Virus record (IMG/VR): IMGVR_UViG_3300020414_002797
Coordinates: 1 to 48,801 of that record
Length of the DNA: 48,801 bases
Source of the DNA: a virus
Taxonomy: Duplodnaviria > Caudoviricetes
Reading direction: 5' to 3' (one strand)
The number at the start of each line of letters is the position of its first letter. Position 1 is the stretch's first letter. This document shows, piece by piece, positions 27,670-37,842 of this stretch. Below the pieces are notes generated by a model. The model did not search any database, was not told the DNA's origin, and saw nothing but the letters and a program-made list of their open reading frames with translations. The position numbers and the translations under genes are program-made.

Positions 27670-28133
27670 TGAAATATATTGAAAAATATTATCAAAAATT
27701 TATGAATGAAAATCAAAAAATACAATACAGTGATCTTAAAAAAAAGAGAGTTGAAGTACTTAAAAGTGATCCTGGAGACTGGGAGGGAGGAGATATTTGT
27801 TCGTATAGTGAAGCAAAAAACTCAAATCCTGAACTTTTTAAATGGTATGTATTAAAGTCAAAAATAAATCATAGGGTTTGGACTGTTGAAGAAGAGATTA
27901 GAGATTTAGAATTACAATTAATTGAAGATATGGAAGAAAAAATATGTCAGCCAGGAAATCTAATAATATACAGAAATCCTGGCTCACCTTATAACAAAAC
28001 TTTGTCATTTCTTATAATGGAACAATCAGGAAGAGACAACTATCTTTTGTTTAATAATATCAATAGTAGAATCTACAAAGTTCACTGGAAGTCAATTGTT
28101 AAAAATTATAAATTGTCAAAAATATCGGAGTAA
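27669..28133 (+). CDS. Hypothetical protein, paralog of next ORF
   Basis: GTG start; similarity along length to 28137-28622. Confidence 0.7.
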   Translation: MKYIEKYYQKFMNENQKIQYSDLKKKRVEVLKSDPGDWEGGDICSYSEAKNSNPELFKWYVLKSKINHRVWTVEEEIRDLELQLIEDMEEKICQPGNLIIYRNPGSPYNKTLSFLIMEQSGRDNYLLFNNINSRIYKVHWKSIVKNYKLSKISE

Positions 28134-28136
28134 AAC

Positions 28137-28622
28137 ATGAAATATATTGCTAAAAAAATACAAAAATATTTAAACGAATCTCAGAAGGAAGAATATAAAA
28201 AGATCTTAAAATTAAGAAATACTTACATTAAAAACAATCCTTTAAAGTCTGTTAAATTGTACAGTAACTGGTCCAAGAAATCGTGGTGGGACATTCCATC
28301 GCCAAGAAACTGTTACTATATTGTAGATCCAAAAGAAAAAGAGCAATACAAAATACACAGGATTAGAATCAGAAAGCTTGATGAAAAGATTAAAAAACTT
28401 GAAATGCTTGCTTTTGAAAGAAAGGAGCGGGAAATTTGTAAGGCAGGTTCACTGTTGGTGCATAGTAGTAAATGGAGCAGAACTGCAGGTAAAAAATATC
28501 TTGTTCAAGAAAAAGAAAGTAGAGATTATTATACTTTAGTCGATATTTCAAATATGCGAATTTTTTCTACTAAGTGGATTGAAATTGTTAGATACTATGA
28601 ATTAGACGAAGTTTCAAAATAA
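28137..28622 (+). CDS. Hypothetical protein, paralog of previous ORF
   Basis: MKYI.K..QK..NE, IC..G.L, RD.Y.L, W..IV..Y.L shared. Confidence 0.7.
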   Translation: MKYIAKKIQKYLNESQKEEYKKILKLRNTYIKNNPLKSVKLYSNWSKKSWWDIPSPRNCYYIVDPKEKEQYKIHRIRIRKLDEKIKKLEMLAFERKEREICKAGSLLVHSSKWSRTAGKKYLVQEKESRDYYTLVDISNMRIFSTKWIEIVRYYELDEVSK

Positions 28623-28691
28623 TTATTAATAGGCTATTATGCCTGTTATAAAAAATTTAAAACCAAACGTAGTTATACAAAGGAGATAAAG

Positions 28692-28898
28692 ATGGGAAAA
28701 CTTAAGAGACTATCAACAGAAATAGTTGCATCACTTTGGCTAGAGCCTATGAGCTTTAATCAGATTGAAAGAGAACTTGAAGAAAAAAGAGAAGTAGTTG
28801 AAAATATGATTGATCTATTAATTGAAGATAATATAATAATTCAAGAAGGAACACTTTATCGGTTAACTAGTAATGGTAAAGAATTTTTTACCTATTAG
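28692..28898 (+). CDS. Small winged-helix protein
   Basis: PMSFNQI...L.EDNII....YRLTSNG pattern. Confidence 0.65.
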   Translation: MGKLKRLSTEIVASLWLEPMSFNQIERELEEKREVVENMIDLLIEDNIIIQEGTLYRLTSNGKEFFTY

Positions 28899-28919
28899 AA
28901 TTTTTCACTTTCTTTTTAC

Positions 28920-28953
28920 AATGGCAGCATTTTATGCTGCCATTTTAGTTTTT
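28920..28953 (+). terminator. Intrinsic terminator
   Basis: Perfect stem AATGGCAGCAT-TTT-ATGCTGCCATT followed by T-rich tract. Confidence 0.75.
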
Positions 28954-29009
28954 AATGAAAATCACAGTTAATATAGATATAATTTAACATAATTGCAAGG
29001 AGGCTTTAA

Positions 29010-29186
29010 ATGCTACTGATAACAGCCAATAATGAATATGCATTAGGTGCAGCAAAGCTTATTATTTTTCAATCAAAAATATATTTTGAGTACCACTCAG
29101 AAGGCTACAAAGTTTATGAAAATGATTGCAAGAAAATAAAAAAAGAACTAGAAAACATTTCTGGTTTGTCTTTAAGGAGATTATAA
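29010..29186 (+). CDS. Small hypothetical protein (58 aa)
   Basis: AGGAGG RBS; TAATG coupling to next gene. Confidence 0.6.
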   Translation: MLLITANNEYALGAAKLIIFQSKIYFEYHSEGYKVYENDCKKIKKELENISGLSLRRL

Positions 29187-29713
29187 TGAAAGTTTTATTT
29201 CTTGACCATGATGGTGTTATATGTCTTGCAAAACAATGGGGAAAAAGAAACTCAAAATCTTCAAAAAAAAGAGGGGAAAAGTTTGATCCTTTTTGTAAAA
29301 AAGCAATCAAAGTTTTAAATGAAATTATTAAAAAAACTGATTGCGAAATAGTTGTCTCATCAGACTGGCGAACATATTGCCAGCTATCTGAGATGCAAGA
29401 TCTTTACCTCGAAAGAGGTGTAATAAAAAAACCCGTAGGATATACAATCGTCTTCTCAAATAAAGATCCTGATATACTTGACGAGACAAGTGAGTATAAG
29501 GATTATTACAAAATAAATGCCAGAGTTAGAGAAAAAGAAATTCAGCATTGGCTTGATACACATCCTAATGTTTCAAAATGGGTTGCTGTTGACGATTTAC
29601 CAATGAATAAGCTTGATAGCTTTGTTCATACGATTAGACCTGATGAAGGAATAAAACAGTACGGAATAAAAGAAAAAATAATTAAAAAACTTAACGGAGA
29701 TTTTAATGAGTGA
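29186..29713 (+). CDS. HAD domain protein (Swiss-army-knife RNA-repair-like HAD)
   Basis: VLFLDHDGV, IVVSSDWR, REKEIQHWL, WVAVDDL. Confidence 0.8.
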   Translation: MKVLFLDHDGVICLAKQWGKRNSKSSKKRGEKFDPFCKKAIKVLNEIIKKTDCEIVVSSDWRTYCQLSEMQDLYLERGVIKKPVGYTIVFSNKDPDILDETSEYKDYYKINARVREKEIQHWLDTHPNVSKWVAVDDLPMNKLDSFVHTIRPDEGIKQYGIKEKIIKKLNGDFNE

Positions 29714-30119
29714 TCGAAAAAAAGATCCTTTTCTAAACGATGTTGCTAAAAGCATTATTAAAGAAAAGATAAGTGGATACGCAGATAATATTAAAAAAGA
29801 AATAAAGCCTACAGTTAATGATCTCGTAGCTCTAACACAGGAACTGGCGCCTGACGGCTACAAAGAGATTATTGAATCTTTTGTTGAAAAGACTTCTTCA
29901 AACAATATGGTTAATCACCCGAACCATTATGGCGGAAGCGAAAATCCTTATGAGGCAATAAAAGTAATCGAAGCTTGGAATCTAGATTTTTTGTTAGGTA
30001 ATTCAATAAAATATATCTCTCGTGCAGGCAAAAAGAATCCTGAAAAAGAAAAAGAAGATTTGCTTAAAGCAATCTGGTATCTAAATAGAAGAATTGAAAA
30101 TATAGAAAAAGGAGAATAA
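29706..30119 (+). CDS. DUF3310 (T7 gp1.7-like nucleotide kinase family) protein
   Basis: VNHPNHY, GNSIKYISRAGKK, EDLLKAIWYL. Confidence 0.85.
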   Translation: MSDRKKDPFLNDVAKSIIKEKISGYADNIKKEIKPTVNDLVALTQELAPDGYKEIIESFVEKTSSNNMVNHPNHYGGSENPYEAIKVIEAWNLDFLLGNSIKYISRAGKKNPEKEKEDLLKAIWYLNRRIENIEKGE

Positions 30120-31373
30120 ATGGAAATAATAAAAGACGAAGTTTTGGATATGTTTGAAAATCTATCTAAAGCAAAAGGAACTAATGCAAAAAAAGAATTA
30201 CTTAAAGTGTATCTTTTTTCTAATTTGTACTTTCAAACTTTAATTAATTATTCATTCAATCCATACCGATCTTTTCATGTTGTCAAAGTACCTAAGACAA
30301 AAAAAGAAGATAGAGATCCAATTGATCCAAAAGACGCATGGAAAGAATTTATTTTAAATGCTGATCGTTGCTCAAAAAGAGAAGTAACAGGAAATGCTGC
30401 AATTGAATTAATGCAAGAAACATTTAAGCAAAGTTCTGAGCTTCAGGAAAAATGGATGAGAAAGATTCTAAAGAAAAATTTAGCAATTGGTGTTTCTACA
30501 AAAACAATTAATAAAGTTCAGCCAAACCTTATTCCGACATTTGAAGTTTCTTTGGCACAAAAGTTTGAAAGAAAAAGAATGAGTGATTGGGTTTATATAG
30601 AACCTAAACTAGATGGAATAAGATGTCTGGCAATCGTAGAAAATGGTGAGGCAAAGCTTTTTACACGTCAGGGCAAGCTTGTTACAAATTTTGATGACAC
30701 GGTTGGAAAAGAATTGTTATCACTAGATGATGGCTGTTACGACGGTGAAATTATGAGTACAGACTTTACCGAACTCATGCGCCAAGTTTATCGAAAAGAA
30801 GATAAAAACATAAGTGATGTGTACTTTGCAATATTTGATTATCTAACTCTTGAAGAATGGAAAGAAAAGAAAGGCAAAAATACTTTAAAAGATAGAAAAA
30901 ATATCTTAAACAAAAAAATAAGTAAGTCACATGCAAAAGAAAATCTAAAATATATCAAACAGGTCAGATATGAACCTGAATTGCTTCCATCTAATAAAGC
31001 CTTAAAGGAGTCACACGACCGATGGGTTGCACAAGGTTATGAAGGTATAATGATTAAAGATACTGATGCTGTATATCATTTTAAAAGAGACTGGTCTGTA
31101 ATGAAATATAAAGTCTTTTTTGATGCAGATTGCGAAATCATAGCCTTGCAGGAGGGCACAGGAAAGCATTCTGGAAAACTAGGCTCTTTCCTGGTAGATT
31201 ATAAAGGCACACAAGTCAACGTAGGTTCTGGCCTAACAGATACAATTAGAGAGCAAATATGGGAAGACCCTAATAGTCACATTGGCAGGATAATTGAAGT
31301 AAGGTATCAAGAGGAAACTCCTGACGGGTCTTTAAGGTTTCCTACATTTGTATGTTTTAGAAATGATAAATAG
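30120..31373 (+). CDS. lig: ATP-dependent DNA ligase
   Basis: EPKLDGIR, DGEI, IFDY, EGIMIK, VGSG, SLRFP. Confidence 0.95.
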   Translation: MEIIKDEVLDMFENLSKAKGTNAKKELLKVYLFSNLYFQTLINYSFNPYRSFHVVKVPKTKKEDRDPIDPKDAWKEFILNADRCSKREVTGNAAIELMQETFKQSSELQEKWMRKILKKNLAIGVSTKTINKVQPNLIPTFEVSLAQKFERKRMSDWVYIEPKLDGIRCLAIVENGEAKLFTRQGKLVTNFDDTVGKELLSLDDGCYDGEIMSTDFTELMRQVYRKEDKNISDVYFAIFDYLTLEEWKEKKGKNTLKDRKNILNKKISKSHAKENLKYIKQVRYEPELLPSNKALKESHDRWVAQGYEGIMIKDTDAVYHFKRDWSVMKYKVFFDADCEIIALQEGTGKHSGKLGSFLVDYKGTQVNVGSGLTDTIREQIWEDPNSHIGRIIEVRYQEETPDGSLRFPTFVCFRNDK

Positions 31374-31380
31374 GTAAATT

Positions 31381-31611
31381 ATGAAAATAGATGAAATAGA
31401 AAAATTAAAAAAAATATATACAAAAGCTAGATCAAAAAACAAAACACTTTATGCCTGTGTAATGCCTCATAATAATGTAGGGCTGATTAGAGACGAATTA
31501 ACATTTGTTAAAAATGTATTTGATAACTCTTTTAGAATCTACAGGCCTTTAGATAATACAATAATAGAAATTAAGTCTAAAGATTTAAATAGCTTTAAAT
31601 TTATTTACTAG
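31381..31611 (+). CDS. Hypothetical protein
   Basis: ORF in operon. Confidence 0.6.
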   Translation: MKIDEIEKLKKIYTKARSKNKTLYACVMPHNNVGLIRDELTFVKNVFDNSFRIYRPLDNTIIEIKSKDLNSFKFIY

Positions 31612-31621
31612 GAGAAGAACA

Positions 31622-32716
31622 ATGAGAATTGAAAAAGAAATTAAACTAGATTACAAGGATGTATTAATTAGACCAAAAAGAAGTGTTCTTCGCTCTAGAA
31701 AAGAGGTTAAGCTAGAAAGGCAATATACTTTCAGAAATAGTGGTAATTGCTGGCGAGGAATACCAGTCATGGCAGCAAACATGGACGGTGTAGGTACATT
31801 TAACATGGCACGTGAATTATCCAGAATGGGTTTATTTACATGCATAACCAAACAAAACAATCCAAAGGATTGGTATAATCAGTGTTCTCCTGAAATTAGT
31901 AGATCAAATATTGCTGTAAGTATTGGAACAAATCCTGAAGAATATGAAAAAGCAAAAGAAATAATTGCAACTAATAATCTAGGATGGATCTGCATTGACA
32001 TCGCCAACGGTTATTCTGAGCACTTTGTTGAATTTGTAAGCAAAGTTAGAAAAGAACATCCTTACGTAAATATTATTGCAGGAAACGTTGTAACTGCAGA
32101 TATGACCCAGGAGTTAATCTTGGCTGGCGCTGACGTTGTAAAAGTAGGTATAGGTCCTGGTTCCGTATGTACTACAAGAATACAAACAGGAATAGGTTAC
32201 CCTCAATTGTCTGCAGTTATAGAATGCGCCGATGCAGCTCACGGTTTAGGGGGTCATGTCATAGCAGACGGCGGTTGTAAATGTCCAGGTGATGTGGCAA
32301 AAGCTTTTGCTGCAGGAGCTGACTTTGTTATGTTGGGCGGCATGCTAGCTGGTCATGATGAAGGCGGAGGTGAAATTATTACAAAGTGCTTTAAAACATC
32401 TGAGCGTGAAGTATATGATGATGGAGAAATTGGCAACCCAATTTTTGAAAAAAAGAAATTTATTCAATTTTACGGAATGTCATCAGATACTGCAATGAAT
32501 AAACACTCAGGAGGTGTTGCTAATTATAGATCCTCAGAAGGTAGAACTGTTGAAATACCTTACAAAGGCTCTGTTGACAGTACAGTTAAAGATTTATTGG
32601 GTGGATTGAGATCAACATGTACATATGTGGGTGCACCTACTCTTAAACAGCTAAGCAAGTGTGCAACTTTTATACGATGTACACAACAATTTAATCCTGT
32701 TTTTGCAGGAAAATAA
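31622..32716 (+). CDS. guaC: GMP reductase
   Basis: [50 protein letters not shown]. Confidence 0.95.
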   Translation: MRIEKEIKLDYKDVLIRPKRSVLRSRKEVKLERQYTFRNSGNCWRGIPVMAANMDGVGTFNMARELSRMGLFTCITKQNNPKDWYNQCSPEISRSNIAVSIGTNPEEYEKAKEIIATNNLGWICIDIANGYSEHFVEFVSKVRKEHPYVNIIAGNVVTADMTQELILAGADVVKVGIGPGSVCTTRIQTGIGYPQLSAVIECADAAHGLGGHVIADGGCKCPGDVAKAFAAGADFVMLGGMLAGHDEGGGEIITKCFKTSEREVYDDGEIGNPIFEKKKFIQFYGMSSDTAMNKHSGGVANYRSSEGRTVEIPYKGSVDSTVKDLLGGLRSTCTYVGAPTLKQLSKCATFIRCTQQFNPVFAGK

Positions 32717-32731
32717 ACAAAAGGAAATACT

Positions 32732-32881
32732 ATGGAGTTTTTAGCCAGTAAAAAAATGAGTGCTATTTGCTTTTTAATAAACGTAATATTCTCAATATGG
32801 ATGATATCTAATGGTGCATATCTTTTATCAATGATGCCAATAGCTATGGGAATTATTTGTTTATTAAATGTATTACAATAA
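32732..32881 (+). CDS. Small membrane protein (49 aa)
   Basis: AAGGA RBS; two hydrophobic segments. Confidence 0.5.
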   Translation: MEFLASKKMSAICFLINVIFSIWMISNGAYLLSMMPIAMGIICLLNVLQ

Positions 32882-32910
32882 TTGAAAATTTAAAACAATA
32901 TTAGTATAAT
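32882..32910 (+). promoter_or_regulatory. Sigma70-like promoter
   Basis: TTGAAA-N17-TATAAT before thioredoxin. Confidence 0.5.
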
Positions 32911-32928
32911 AAAATAAAAGGAGAAAAA

Positions 32929-33240
32929 ATGCCAAAAGAATTATTAAATGAGCAAGCTTATAAAGAGCTAACGGAGAATACAAAATGTGTAATACAATTT
33001 ACAGCAGACTGGTGCGGCCCTTGTAAGACGCTTAAGCCAGTTCTAGAAAATACGTCAGAAGAGTTTGGTATTGACTATAGAACTGTAAATATTGACTCCA
33101 ATAGAGAATTTGCAATGTCAAAAGGAATTAGAAGCGTTCCGTTTGTAGAGATATATTCTGGAGGCGAGCTTAAAGAGACTTTTGTTGGATCAAAAAACAA
33201 ACAACAATTAAATGAAATTTTCTCAATTTACTTTGGGTAA
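32929..33240 (+). CDS. trxA: Thioredoxin
   Basis: FTADWCGPCK, IRSVP. Confidence 0.92.
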   Translation: MPKELLNEQAYKELTENTKCVIQFTADWCGPCKTLKPVLENTSEEFGIDYRTVNIDSNREFAMSKGIRSVPFVEIYSGGELKETFVGSKNKQQLNEIFSIYFG

Positions 33241-33249
33241 GGAGGACTT

Positions 33250-33417
33250 ATGGACAGATACAAAGAAGGTTATGAGCTAGGCAAGAGAAATGCAAGATAC
33301 TTTGAATCTTTATCTGAAATTGTTTCTCACTATAGCGATTGCGATAAAACATTTATCAAAGGTTTTGCAGATGCATTTAATGAATATTGGGAATCTAAAC
33401 TAATGGAGACATTTTAA
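33250..33417 (+). CDS. Small hypothetical protein
   Basis: GGAGGA RBS; TAATG coupling. Confidence 0.6.
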   Translation: MDRYKEGYELGKRNARYFESLSEIVSHYSDCDKTFIKGFADAFNEYWESKLMETF

Positions 33418-33920
33418 TGAAAATACCTAAAAAAAGAGGGCGTCCACGCTTAAGTCCTGAAGAAAAAGCGAGAAGAAAAGCAGAAAGAGAAGCAGCAAAA
33501 GCTGCTGCTAGAAAACTAGGCCCAAAGAAAAGAGTAACAAGTAAAAAATTTCAAACACAACAAGAAGAAGAAGACACTTTTAACAAAAGAAAAACGTACC
33601 TTTTAACTCCTGCTGGAAAATGTCCTGTTGAGCTGTATGGTTGTGATAAAGAGGCAATTGCTATTTGGCTTTCGCAAGCAAAAAATTGTAAAAGAAAAGA
33701 TTACGAGCACACTGTCCAATCTTTAACCTATTGGCTTAGATACTATTTTGATTACTTCTCTGAAGAGCATAAAATAGCAAGCGACAATGTTAAAGAGCTT
33801 GCTTCTACATTTGAAATCCTGGATTATGAACCAAGACTTAAAAAAATGTATGAATCAAATAGAGCAAAAAGAAATATTGAAACAGTTAAAAAATACATTA
33901 AAACAGGTAGTCCAGAATGA
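33417..33920 (+). CDS. Basic protein with AT-hook-like motif
   Basis: KKRGRPR at N-terminus. Confidence 0.65.
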   Translation: MKIPKKRGRPRLSPEEKARRKAEREAAKAAARKLGPKKRVTSKKFQTQQEEEDTFNKRKTYLLTPAGKCPVELYGCDKEAIAIWLSQAKNCKRKDYEHTVQSLTYWLRYYFDYFSEEHKIASDNVKELASTFEILDYEPRLKKMYESNRAKRNIETVKKYIKTGSPE

Positions 33921-34207
33921 AACATCACACAACTTGGCTAAAACGTGGGTTTAAAGATTTTTTTCTTGTTATTTTGCTAGGCATGCTTCTTGTTTTGTTT
34001 TGCTTTACAATAATTAGTGCACTGGTCTTTATTGGAATGCCTCCAGAATACGCTTCTACAATCATATCCTTGTGTTTGTTATTTGCTGGTTCAATGATGT
34101 TTTCTTACTTTGAGTTTAAAAAAGATTGTCTTGAAAAAGAAAGAAGTAAAATACTAAGTGAAACAAAAAAAACAAAGAGTAAAAGAATAAAAAATATTAT
34201 AAAATAA
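33917..34207 (+). CDS. Two-TM membrane protein
   Basis: Two hydrophobic helices, basic tail. Confidence 0.65.
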   Translation: MKHHTTWLKRGFKDFFLVILLGMLLVLFCFTIISALVFIGMPPEYASTIISLCLLFAGSMMFSYFEFKKDCLEKERSKILSETKKTKSKRIKNIIK

Positions 34208-34230
34208 AAACAATAAAGGAGTATATTAAA

Positions 34231-34479
34231 ATGAAAACAACAGTTGCACATCTTATTGCTGAGCGCCTAGAAACATTGGGCGAAAAAATAGAAATACCGG
34301 AAGAAGTCAAAGGAGATTTAATCAAAGAGCACAACTGGATGTTTTTTGATCGTGAAGGCCCAATGCTTATGTCAAATCAAACAAAGCTTTTTCATAAAGT
34401 TTGCGATGAAATTGACAAAGGCATAGAGGATGGAACAATTATTTTTAACGGTGAAGACGGAACAATTACATACAAGTAG
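34231..34479 (+). CDS. Hypothetical protein
   Basis: AAGGAG RBS. Confidence 0.7.
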   Translation: MKTTVAHLIAERLETLGEKIEIPEEVKGDLIKEHNWMFFDREGPMLMSNQTKLFHKVCDEIDKGIEDGTIIFNGEDGTITYK

Positions 34480-34488
34480 GAGAAAATA

Positions 34489-34836
34489 ATGGTAACAATT
34501 TGCAAAAACTTATTAAATAAAAAAACAACCCCACTAGACCATATGGCAAGAGCCCATGATGCCTTAGTTCTTGCTGAGGATGCATTACGTCGAGGTGATC
34601 TTCCAGCTGGAGATTATATTATTTCATATCATGGCAAATCAAAATCAATTGATAATTGGGGAATGACTTATCCCGAGTCTCTTAACAAACCTTACGGTAA
34701 AAACTCAATATACATTTCTCGTATTGATGGAGAAAAAGTTTTTAAATCAGCAAAAGGAAACAAATCAAATCATGTATCAATATTTACAGAGTTTCCAACT
34801 CTAAAAGATCGATACAGTTACAGCAACACACTTTGA
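34489..34836 (+). CDS. Hypothetical protein
   Basis: AGGAG RBS. Confidence 0.7.
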   Translation: MVTICKNLLNKKTTPLDHMARAHDALVLAEDALRRGDLPAGDYIISYHGKSKSIDNWGMTYPESLNKPYGKNSIYISRIDGEKVFKSAKGNKSNHVSIFTEFPTLKDRYSYSNTL

Positions 34837-34863
34837 GTATTTGATTTAAATATTTGATATAAT
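34835..34863 (+). promoter_or_regulatory. Phage early-type promoter
   Basis: GAGTAT-N17-TATAAT. Confidence 0.8.
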
Positions 34864-34902
34864 AATAACACATAAATAATAACACACAACATTGGAGGCG
34901 CT

Positions 34903-35178
34903 ATGCCAGATATCGAAATTAGAAGTTTTTATGACCTTGAAGATCTAAGCTCAAGCGAGATTAAATCTTTAGGTCTTCAACCATTATTAAGTCTCTTAGA
35001 AGAAGCAGAATCCGAACAAAAAGAGCTCAGTTTAAAATACCTAAACGGTGACAGAGACGAGTACCCACCTAGCTGGTATGATAACTACGTTCATCCTATT
35101 AACTGTATTGTAAACGATATCAAGGATGTAATCGATGAAATTAGAAATGATGAAGAATCAGCTTCTGAGGAGTACTAA
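34903..35178 (+). CDS. Small acidic protein
   Basis: GGAGG RBS. Confidence 0.7.
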   Translation: MPDIEIRSFYDLEDLSSSEIKSLGLQPLLSLLEEAESEQKELSLKYLNGDRDEYPPSWYDNYVHPINCIVNDIKDVIDEIRNDEESASEEY

Positions 35179-35179
35179 A

Positions 35180-35476
35180 ATGACAAAACTTCATATCTTT
35201 GAGGCCAACATGACAAGATACAAGCTTATTGTTGGTCAATACGAAGGGGTAAATAGCGAAATGTGCTTTTTTACATGGCTTGCTAACGGAACAGGTGGAA
35301 AAACTTTTACATGGGAAAAAGGTTCAAGCCTATACGGATCTTATGTTACTGAAAAATCATCGATAGGTATTGGTGACTTGTCGGGAATACTTTCATATAT
35401 TCAAATTTACTATCCCGAATTTATCGAAAATTTATATCAATTTAATAAAAACTACTACTACAATCAAAGAGGCTAA
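35180..35476 (+). CDS. Hypothetical protein
   Basis: GAGGAG RBS before ATG 35180. Confidence 0.65.
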   Translation: MTKLHIFEANMTRYKLIVGQYEGVNSEMCFFTWLANGTGGKTFTWEKGSSLYGSYVTEKSSIGIGDLSGILSYIQIYYPEFIENLYQFNKNYYYNQRG

Positions 35477-35478
35477 CA

Positions 35479-36054
35479 ATGTCATACGTAACATCTGTAA
35501 CTTTATACAAATTTTCTGAATTATCTGAACCAGTTCAAAATAATCTTATTGGAGACTTTGAAGCTCCAGACTATTGGGATGAACCTATTGTAGAAGGAAT
35601 ATTTGAAGAAGCTAGTAATTTAGGTATTGAAAACTTTGAATTTCTATATTCAGGCTTTGGATCCCAAGGGGATGGTTGCTCATTTACTGGAACACTTAAT
35701 GTCGCATCTTCTGAAAAGATATACAAAGAAAAAGTTAATCGTGATGGATTTTCAAATGATGATGAATTTGAAGTAGTTTTTAATAGAAAATCTTACCCAC
35801 ACTATGTTCATGAAGAAATGGTATATTCTCAAATAATGCCCCTTGATGAAGATTCATATGATTACGAACTTACCGACACAATAGAAAGTGTTTATAACGA
35901 ATGGAAAAATGATTTGTGTCATGAATGGTATCAAAGGCTAGGTACACATTACGATGAACTTATTGAATCTGAAAATATTAAAAATCATTATGAAGAAATG
36001 GGTGCAGTTTTTCTCGAGGATGGAAGGATCTTAAACATATCTTACAATGAGTAA
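35479..36054 (+). CDS. Highly acidic protein of a mobile-element family (YKFSELS...SGFGSQGDGCSF)
   Basis: Motif pattern recalled from phage/ICE proteins; function unknown. Confidence 0.6.
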   Translation: MSYVTSVTLYKFSELSEPVQNNLIGDFEAPDYWDEPIVEGIFEEASNLGIENFEFLYSGFGSQGDGCSFTGTLNVASSEKIYKEKVNRDGFSNDDEFEVVFNRKSYPHYVHEEMVYSQIMPLDEDSYDYELTDTIESVYNEWKNDLCHEWYQRLGTHYDELIESENIKNHYEEMGAVFLEDGRILNISYNE

Positions 36055-36077
36055 CAGTTTTTATTAAATGATATAAT
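36049..36077 (+). promoter_or_regulatory. Phage early-type promoter
   Basis: GAGTAA-N17-TATAAT. Confidence 0.8.
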
Positions 36078-36104
36078 AAATTGTAATCAAAAAAAGGAGT
36101 TATT

Positions 36105-36335
36105 ATGAATAAAATGTTTACCAGTTATGGTGACTGGGCATTGTTTTTTTCGCTTGCAATTAAAGCACGTGAAGAAAAATGTATTTCTGAAGTCAAACAA
36201 TGGCTTATACTGTATTCACAAAAAAATAATCTTGCTATACCTGATGATCGAGAAATTGAATATATTATCGACGACGTTCATAGCTGGCTTTCAAAATTTG
36301 ATGAAAACTGGGCTGATAATCTTATACACCGCTAA
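36105..36335 (+). CDS. Hypothetical protein
   Basis: AAGGAG RBS. Confidence 0.65.
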   Translation: MNKMFTSYGDWALFFSLAIKAREEKCISEVKQWLILYSQKNNLAIPDDREIEYIIDDVHSWLSKFDENWADNLIHR

Positions 36336-36347
36336 CGAGGAAATAAA

Positions 36348-36542
36348 ATGACAAAAGAAACTTTTACACAAATATTAAGAAATCTTAACAACATATCTGA
36401 AGACTGTTCGGAAATTACAGACGAGATGGCTTATGATATTGCTGAATCGACAATTCAATCAAATCCAGGGCTCGCAGAGTTTATTCAAGAATACACAGGT
36501 GCTACTGATGTTGTTGGCTGGTTAATGCAAGAGGTTCAATGA
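36348..36542 (+). CDS. Small acidic protein
   Basis: GAGG RBS. Confidence 0.65.
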   Translation: MTKETFTQILRNLNNISEDCSEITDEMAYDIAESTIQSNPGLAEFIQEYTGATDVVGWLMQEVQ

Positions 36543-36748
36543 TGACTATGTCTAGAGAAGGAGCAATTCAAATATTCATTGACCACGAGCTACCAGACAT
36601 TCAAAGTAGATACGAGCAAGATGGTGTTCCAGACTATATTGCAAGACGGACTCATTGGCATGACTGGCTTGACTGGATGTGTAGTAACGGTGAAATTGAC
36701 TATAATAAAGCAAAAGACTGGGATATTCCAGACTGTTGTGAAAGATAA
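36539..36748 (+). CDS. Small acidic Trp-rich protein
   Basis: Coupled ORF. Confidence 0.65.
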   Translation: MMTMSREGAIQIFIDHELPDIQSRYEQDGVPDYIARRTHWHDWLDWMCSNGEIDYNKAKDWDIPDCCER

Positions 36749-36762
36749 GTACGGAGGAACGT

Positions 36763-37050
36763 ATGAAAGAACTACCTTTTAAAAACTATTCAAACTATCC
36801 TAACTTTTTTGGTTATCCACTTTTCTATGTTGTTGATGGTGAATGCGTGTGCGGAGATTGCTGCAACGAATCTTGGGAGGCGGGTGAAGAATACTTTATG
36901 CCAATTGATCACCCAGCAACAAGCAACACAGTTTATAATGAAGAAATATCAGAGAATGTTAATTACGATGATGATCATTTATATTGTGCAAACTGCTCTA
37001 AGAAAATAGAGGGTGCATATCTTAAAACAGAAACAGAGGAGCAATTATGA
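36763..37050 (+). CDS. Small acidic protein with two CxxC motifs
   Basis: CGDC, CANC; GGAGG RBS. Confidence 0.7.
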   Translation: MKELPFKNYSNYPNFFGYPLFYVVDGECVCGDCCNESWEAGEEYFMPIDHPATSNTVYNEEISENVNYDDDHLYCANCSKKIEGAYLKTETEEQL

Positions 37051-37220
37051 AAAACTATACTGTATATTGTAAAGACGAAGACGGTTACATAGAAGAAATA
37101 GACTTAAAGGCTAAAGATTATTACGACGCAAAAAACAAAGCAAGGAAAGTTATTAAACTGGAATATTGCAATTCCCTTGTTATTGTTGAAGTCGTAAATC
37201 ACGAACATTGTTGGTTATAA
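37047..37220 (+). CDS. Small hypothetical protein (57 aa)
   Basis: GAGGAG RBS; ATGA overlap. Confidence 0.55.
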   Translation: MKNYTVYCKDEDGYIEEIDLKAKDYYDAKNKARKVIKLEYCNSLVIVEVVNHEHCWL

Positions 37221-37229
37221 GGAGAAGAA

Positions 37230-37631
37230 ATGTATAAACTATTAGAAACAATCGAAAAAGCTGTTGAAAGTTATGTTAAGGAAAGCAACGTCGTTGAAAT
37301 CGGTGCACGCGGTTTAGAAGAACTTGGCCTAGATTTTCGTTGTGGCAGAATCTTAATTTCAGTCGATGAAGGCTTTGTTGCAGCTTGCAGTCCTAGAAGT
37401 ATCGAGTACTACGGTGGCTGGGAATATATCGACTCTGAGTATAAACTCGACGCTGGTGACTACCGCTTCTATGACAGAGACGCTGACCGTGTGGATGCTG
37501 TCATCCGGCACTATCGAGAACTAGTCCAAGATGGATACCGATATGAAGACGGTAAGGGCTTTGTAAATTCAAGCGGCCTAACTGTTAGTGAAGCTTTTGA
37601 AGCTGCAAAAAATCAAAATACGGAGAAATGA
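37230..37631 (+). CDS. Hypothetical protein
   Basis: AAGGAG RBS. Confidence 0.7.
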   Translation: MYKLLETIEKAVESYVKESNVVEIGARGLEELGLDFRCGRILISVDEGFVAACSPRSIEYYGGWEYIDSEYKLDAGDYRFYDRDADRVDAVIRHYRELVQDGYRYEDGKGFVNSSGLTVSEAFEAAKNQNTEK

Positions 37632-37834
37632 TGGTATTTGAAAATGAGAAAGAATGTATTATGTGGCTCAGCAAGGTAGATCTTAAAGAAGAAAATGCAA
37701 AGATTATTGCCGTCATGGAGTTAACTGAGATTTACCAAGATGTCCATCAGGCTATTGAAACCTTGACAGGATATTCAAGTATAAGTAAAAATGAATGGCT
37801 GCAAATATATGACGAATATTGTATGACATACTAG
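37628..37834 (+). CDS. Hypothetical protein
   Basis: Coupled ORF. Confidence 0.6.
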   Translation: MMVFENEKECIMWLSKVDLKEENAKIIAVMELTEIYQDVHQAIETLTGYSSISKNEWLQIYDEYCMTY

Positions 37835-37842
37835 GAGAAAAA

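Noticed and set aside
37380-37570. Locally higher GC patch as a foreign insertion
   Set aside because: Short, inside one continuous ORF, no boundaries or repeats; cannot be supported without computation
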